From: Escherichia coli
GTDB taxonomy: Bacteria > Pseudomonadota > Gammaproteobacteria > Enterobacterales > Enterobacteriaceae
Length of the DNA: 64,000 bases
Reading direction: 5' to 3' (one strand)
NCBI RefSeq assembly: GCF_016903815.1
Contig: NZ_CP069973.1
Of the stretch, positions 61,132 to 64,000 are shown one piece after another (position 1 is the stretch's first letter; every line of letters starts with the position of its first letter). A program made the translations under genes and the position numbers. The notes under the pieces were generated by a model. The model saw nothing but the letters and a program-made list of their open reading frames with translations. It made no database searches and had not been told where the DNA came from.

Positions 61132-62484
61132 ATGACTAAACACTATGATTACATCGCCATCGGCGGCGGCAGCGGCGGTATCGCCTCCATCAACCGCGCG
61201 GCTATGTACGGTCAGAAATGCGCGCTGATTGAAGCCAAAGAACTGGGCGGCACCTGCGTGAACGTCGGCTGCGTACCGAAGAAAGTGATGTGGCACGCGG
61301 CGCAAATCCGTGAAGCGATCCACATGTACGGTCCGGATTATGGTTTCGATACCACTATAAATAAATTCAACTGGGAAACGTTGATCGCCAGCCGTACCGC
61401 CTATATCGACCGTATTCATACTTCCTATGAAAACGTGCTCGGTAAAAATAACGTTGATGTAATCAAAGGCTTTGCCCGCTTCGTTGATGCCAAAACGCTG
61501 GAGGTAAACGGCGAAACCATCACGGCCGATCATATTCTGATCGCCACCGGCGGTCGTCCGAGCCACCCGGATATTCCAGGCGTGGAATACGGTATTGATT
61601 CTGATGGCTTCTTCGCCCTTCCTGCTTTGCCAGAGCGCGTGGCGGTTGTTGGCGCGGGTTACATCGCCGTTGAGCTGGCGGGCGTGATTAACGGCCTCGG
61701 CGCGAAAACGCATCTGTTTGTGCGTAAACATGCGCCGCTGCGCAGCTTCGACCCGATGATCTCTGAAACGCTGGTCGAAGTGATGAACGCCGAAGGCCCG
61801 CAGTTGCACACCAACGCCATCCCGAAAGCAGTAGTGAAAAATGCTGATGGTAGCCTGACGCTGGAGCTGGAAGATGGGCGCAGTGAAACGGTGGATTGCC
61901 TGATTTGGGCGATTGGTCGCGAGCCTGCCAATGACAACATCAACCTGGAAGCCGCTGGCGTTAAAACTAACGAAAAAGGCTATATCGTCGTCGATAAATA
62001 TCAAAATACCAACGTTGAAGGTATTTACGCGGTGGGCGATAACACGGGTGCAGTGGAACTGACACCGGTAGCAGTTGCAGCGGGTCGCCGTCTCTCTGAA
62101 CGCCTGTTTAATAACAAGCCGGATGAGCATCTCGATTACAGCAACATTCCGACCGTGGTCTTCAGCCATCCGCCGATTGGGACTGTTGGTTTAACGGAAC
62201 CGCAGGCGCGCGAGCAGTACGGCGACGATCAGGTGAAAGTGTATAAATCCTCTTTCACCGCGATGTATACCGCCGTCACCACTCACCGCCAGCCGTGCCG
62301 CATGAAACTGGTATGCGTTGGACCGGAAGAGAAGATTGTCGGAATTCACGGCATTGGTTTTGGTATGGATGAAATGTTGCAGGGCTTCGCGGTGGCGCTG
62401 AAGATGGGGGCGACCAAAAAAGACTTCGACAATACCGTCGCCATTCACCCGACGGCGGCAGAAGAGTTCGTGACCATGCGTTAA
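61132..62484 (+). CDS. gor: glutathione reductase
   Basis: 450-aa track ORF; GGGSGG FAD motif and CVNVGC redox-active disulfide. Confidence 0.97.
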   Translation: MTKHYDYIAIGGGSGGIASINRAAMYGQKCALIEAKELGGTCVNVGCVPKKVMWHAAQIREAIHMYGPDYGFDTTINKFNWETLIASRTAYIDRIHTSYENVLGKNNVDVIKGFARFVDAKTLEVNGETITADHILIATGGRPSHPDIPGVEYGIDSDGFFALPALPERVAVVGAGYIAVELAGVINGLGAKTHLFVRKHAPLRSFDPMISETLVEVMNAEGPQLHTNAIPKAVVKNADGSLTLELEDGRSETVDCLIWAIGREPANDNINLEAAGVKTNEKGYIVVDKYQNTNVEGIYAVGDNTGAVELTPVAVAAGRRLSERLFNNKPDEHLDYSNIPTVVFSHPPIGTVGLTEPQAREQYGDDQVKVYKSSFTAMYTAVTTHRQPCRMKLVCVGPEEKIVGIHGIGFGMDEMLQGFAVALKMGATKKDFDNTVAIHPTAAEEFVTMR

Positions 62485-62490
62485 ATGTTA

Positions 62491-62521
62491 AAGGGCAAAG
62501 AGTGGTGTGCTCTTTGCCCTT
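62491..62521. terminator. hairpin between convergent gor and dinQ
   Basis: Perfect 12-bp stem aagggcaaagag-tggtgtg-ctctttgccctt. Confidence 0.7.
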
Positions 62522-62537
62522 AGCTACGTTTCCGCTA

Positions 62538-62621
62538 TCAGTTCAGAAGCTGAAGCAGGAAGCGGATCAGTTCCAGCAGCGCAATTAACGCCCCAAGAAC
62601 GATGATTGCTTTATCAATCAC
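62538..62621 (-). CDS. dinQ: DinQ small hydrophobic toxic peptide (27 aa, GTG start)
   Basis: Minus-strand translation (V/M)IDKAIIVLGALIALLELIRFLLQLLN read from sequence; below the 60-aa track cutoff. Confidence 0.8.
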   Translation of the reverse strand: MIDKAIIVLGALIALLELIRFLLQLLN

Positions 62622-62814
62622 CCGTTTTCTCCATGCTATGGAGTGAGAATGCATCCGCTTACTCATCCACTGCCTGTCACGGCGCATGTCTCATTGTTAG
62701 ATAAGAACTCTCTCACTCCGGCCAGAGCATCAGTTAACGGCACCACCCGTACTTCTGACCAGGACTTTGAAAGCGTTTATGCGCATTACCAGAGTGAAAA
62801 TGCCTCAGAGCTAA

Positions 62815-62830
62815 CTGGATAATCATACAG
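62815..62830 (-). promoter_or_regulatory. putative LexA box upstream of dinQ
   Basis: Minus strand tactgtatgattatccagtt fits CTG-N10-CAG consensus. Confidence 0.5.
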
Positions 62831-62892
62831 TACATGCAGGTTATAAAACCAGCACGTCCTTGCAATAGTTTCAGTATGGTATTAGCATTGAT

Positions 62893-62978
62893 GCGTTAGA
62901 TGATGGCATTCTCACTCCAACCAGAGCCACCAACTCAGGGCTGGAAAGTAAAAAACCGACGCGAAGTCGGTTTTTTTA
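62893..62978 (+). ncRNA. agrA: agrA-like small RNA with intrinsic terminator
   Basis: TTGCAA -35 / tatggt -10 upstream; body gttagatgatggcattctcactccaaccagagcc...; terminator aaaaaccgacgcgaagtcggttttttt. Confidence 0.55.
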
Positions 62979-63127
62979 CGTCCGGATTCGGACAAGGCTT
63001 GGTACGGCAGCGACCCGATGAAAGTATATAAATCCTCTTTCACCAACATGTATAGCAAACTGTCCCTTCTCCAGCTGAAGAAATCGCTAATTCTTGCAAT
63101 GTTAGCCACTGGCTAATAGTATTGAAC

Positions 63128-63211
63128 TGTTAGATAAGAGCTCTCTCACTCCAGCCAGAGCCACCAACTCAGGGCTGGAAAGTAAAAAACCGACGCAAAG
63201 TCGGTTTTTTT
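63128..63211 (+). ncRNA. agrB: agrB-like small RNA antisense to the dinQ mRNA leader
   Basis: Body gttagataagagctctctcactccagccagagcc nearly identical to plus strand 62694-62730 (dinQ leader region); own promoter and terminator. Confidence 0.55.
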
Positions 63212-63363
63212 ACGTCCTGATTCAGACCTCCTTTCAAATGAATAGCCAACTCAAAATTCACACCTATTACCTTCCTCTGCACATACACATTCGTTAAACC
63301 ATATATGTTTTTGACTTATCCGCTTCGAAGAGAGACACTACCTGCAACAATCAGGAGCGCAAT

Positions 63364-63717
63364 ATGTCATTTCTGTTACCCATCCAACTGTTCAAAATTC
63401 TTGCTGATGAAACCCGTCTGGGCATCGTTTTACTGCTCAGCGAGCTGGGAGAATTATGCGTCTGCGATCTCTGTACTGCCCTCGATCAGTCGCAGCCCAA
63501 GATATCCCGCCACCTGGCATTGCTGCGTGAAAGTGGGCTATTGCTGGATCGCAAGCAGGGTAAGTGGGTTCATTACCGCTTATCACCGCATATTCCATCA
63601 TGGGCCGCGAAAATTATTGAGCAGGCCTGGCGATGCGAACAGGAAAAGGTTCAGGTGATTGTCCGCAACCTGGCTCGACAAAATTGTTCCGAAGACAGTA
63701 AGAACATTTGTAGTTAA
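63364..63717 (+). CDS. arsR: arsenical resistance operon repressor ArsR
   Basis: 117-aa track ORF with ELCVCDLC metal-binding motif. Confidence 0.95.
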   Translation: MSFLLPIQLFKILADETRLGIVLLLSELGELCVCDLCTALDQSQPKISRHLALLRESGLLLDRKQGKWVHYRLSPHIPSWAAKIIEQAWRCEQEKVQVIVRNLARQNCSEDSKNICS

Positions 63718-63771
63718 AAAATTTATCTAAACACATATGGATTTGCACATGTGTTTTTTCCGGGAGGCATT

Positions 63772-64000
63772 ATGTTACTGGCAGGCGCTATCTTTGTCCT
63801 GACCATCGTATTGGTTATCTGGCAGCCGAAAGGTTTAGGCATCGGCTGGAGTGCAACACTCGGCGCAGTACTGGCGTTAGTTACGGGCGTGGTACATCCG
63901 GGTGATATTCCGGTGGTGTGGAATATCGTCTGGAACGCGACGGCTGCGTTTATTGCCGTTATTATCATCAGCCTGCTGCTGGATGAGTCCGGCTTTTTTG
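63772..64000 (+). CDS. arsB: arsenite efflux permease ArsB, N-terminal part (continues beyond window end)
   Basis: ATG at 63772 with gggagg [39 protein letters not shown]... Confidence 0.9.

Noticed and set aside
62912-63109. 65-aa minus-strand ORF spanning the agrA-like terminator and spacer
   Set aside because: Overlaps the terminator hairpin and has no RBS; likely spurious
62694-63211. Possible CRISPR array or tandem repeat array in the gor-arsR spacer
   Set aside because: Only three divergent copies, each followed by its own terminator and separated by unique sequence; no regular repeat-spacer periodicity; better explained as the dinQ leader plus two antisense RNA genes

Overview
This window reads as an Escherichia coli-type chromosomal segment, recognised from the translated ORFs and their order (no database search was possible). 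On the minus strand it carries ugpE(partial)-ugpA-ugpB, livFGMHK, livJ, rpoH, ftsXEY; then rsmD, yhhLMN, zntA, tusA, yhhQ, dcrB, yhhS/yhhT, acpT, nikABCDE-nikR. An accessory island follows at about 29.4-40.6 kb: a full-length rhsB with PAAR-like N-terminus, its C-terminal toxin tip and an overlapping signal-peptide immunity ORF, a string of small orphan immunity-like genes (two NTF2-like paralogs, a pentapeptide-repeat protein, a YibA-like HEAT-repeat protein), a displaced orphan Rhs C-terminal module interrupted by an in-frame TGA, a Sel1-like lipoprotein gene broken at a C8 tract, an intact 768-bp IS1 with 9-bp target-site duplication, and a truncated H-repeat (ISAs1-like) transposase gene. 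Downstream are yhhJ-rbbA-yhiI, two AT-rich paralogs yhiJ and yhiL, yhiM, yhiN, pitA, uspB, uspA, dtpB, rsmJ, prlC, rlmJ, gor, the dinQ/agrA/agrB locus, arsR and the start of arsB. No tRNA, rRNA or CRISPR array was found. The two candidates I rank highest are the rhsB-linked toxin/immunity island (33.1-39.0 kb) and the yhiJ/yhiL pair, whose conserved GDxDG / GDxxGDR / GNHE / HHG motifs resemble a divergent calcineurin-like metallophosphatase. Both need HMM or structure searches, which I could not run. Gene names are assigned from memory of protein sequences and synteny; coordinates of starts inside longer track ORFs were chosen by matching known N-termini and checking the codon in the sequence.
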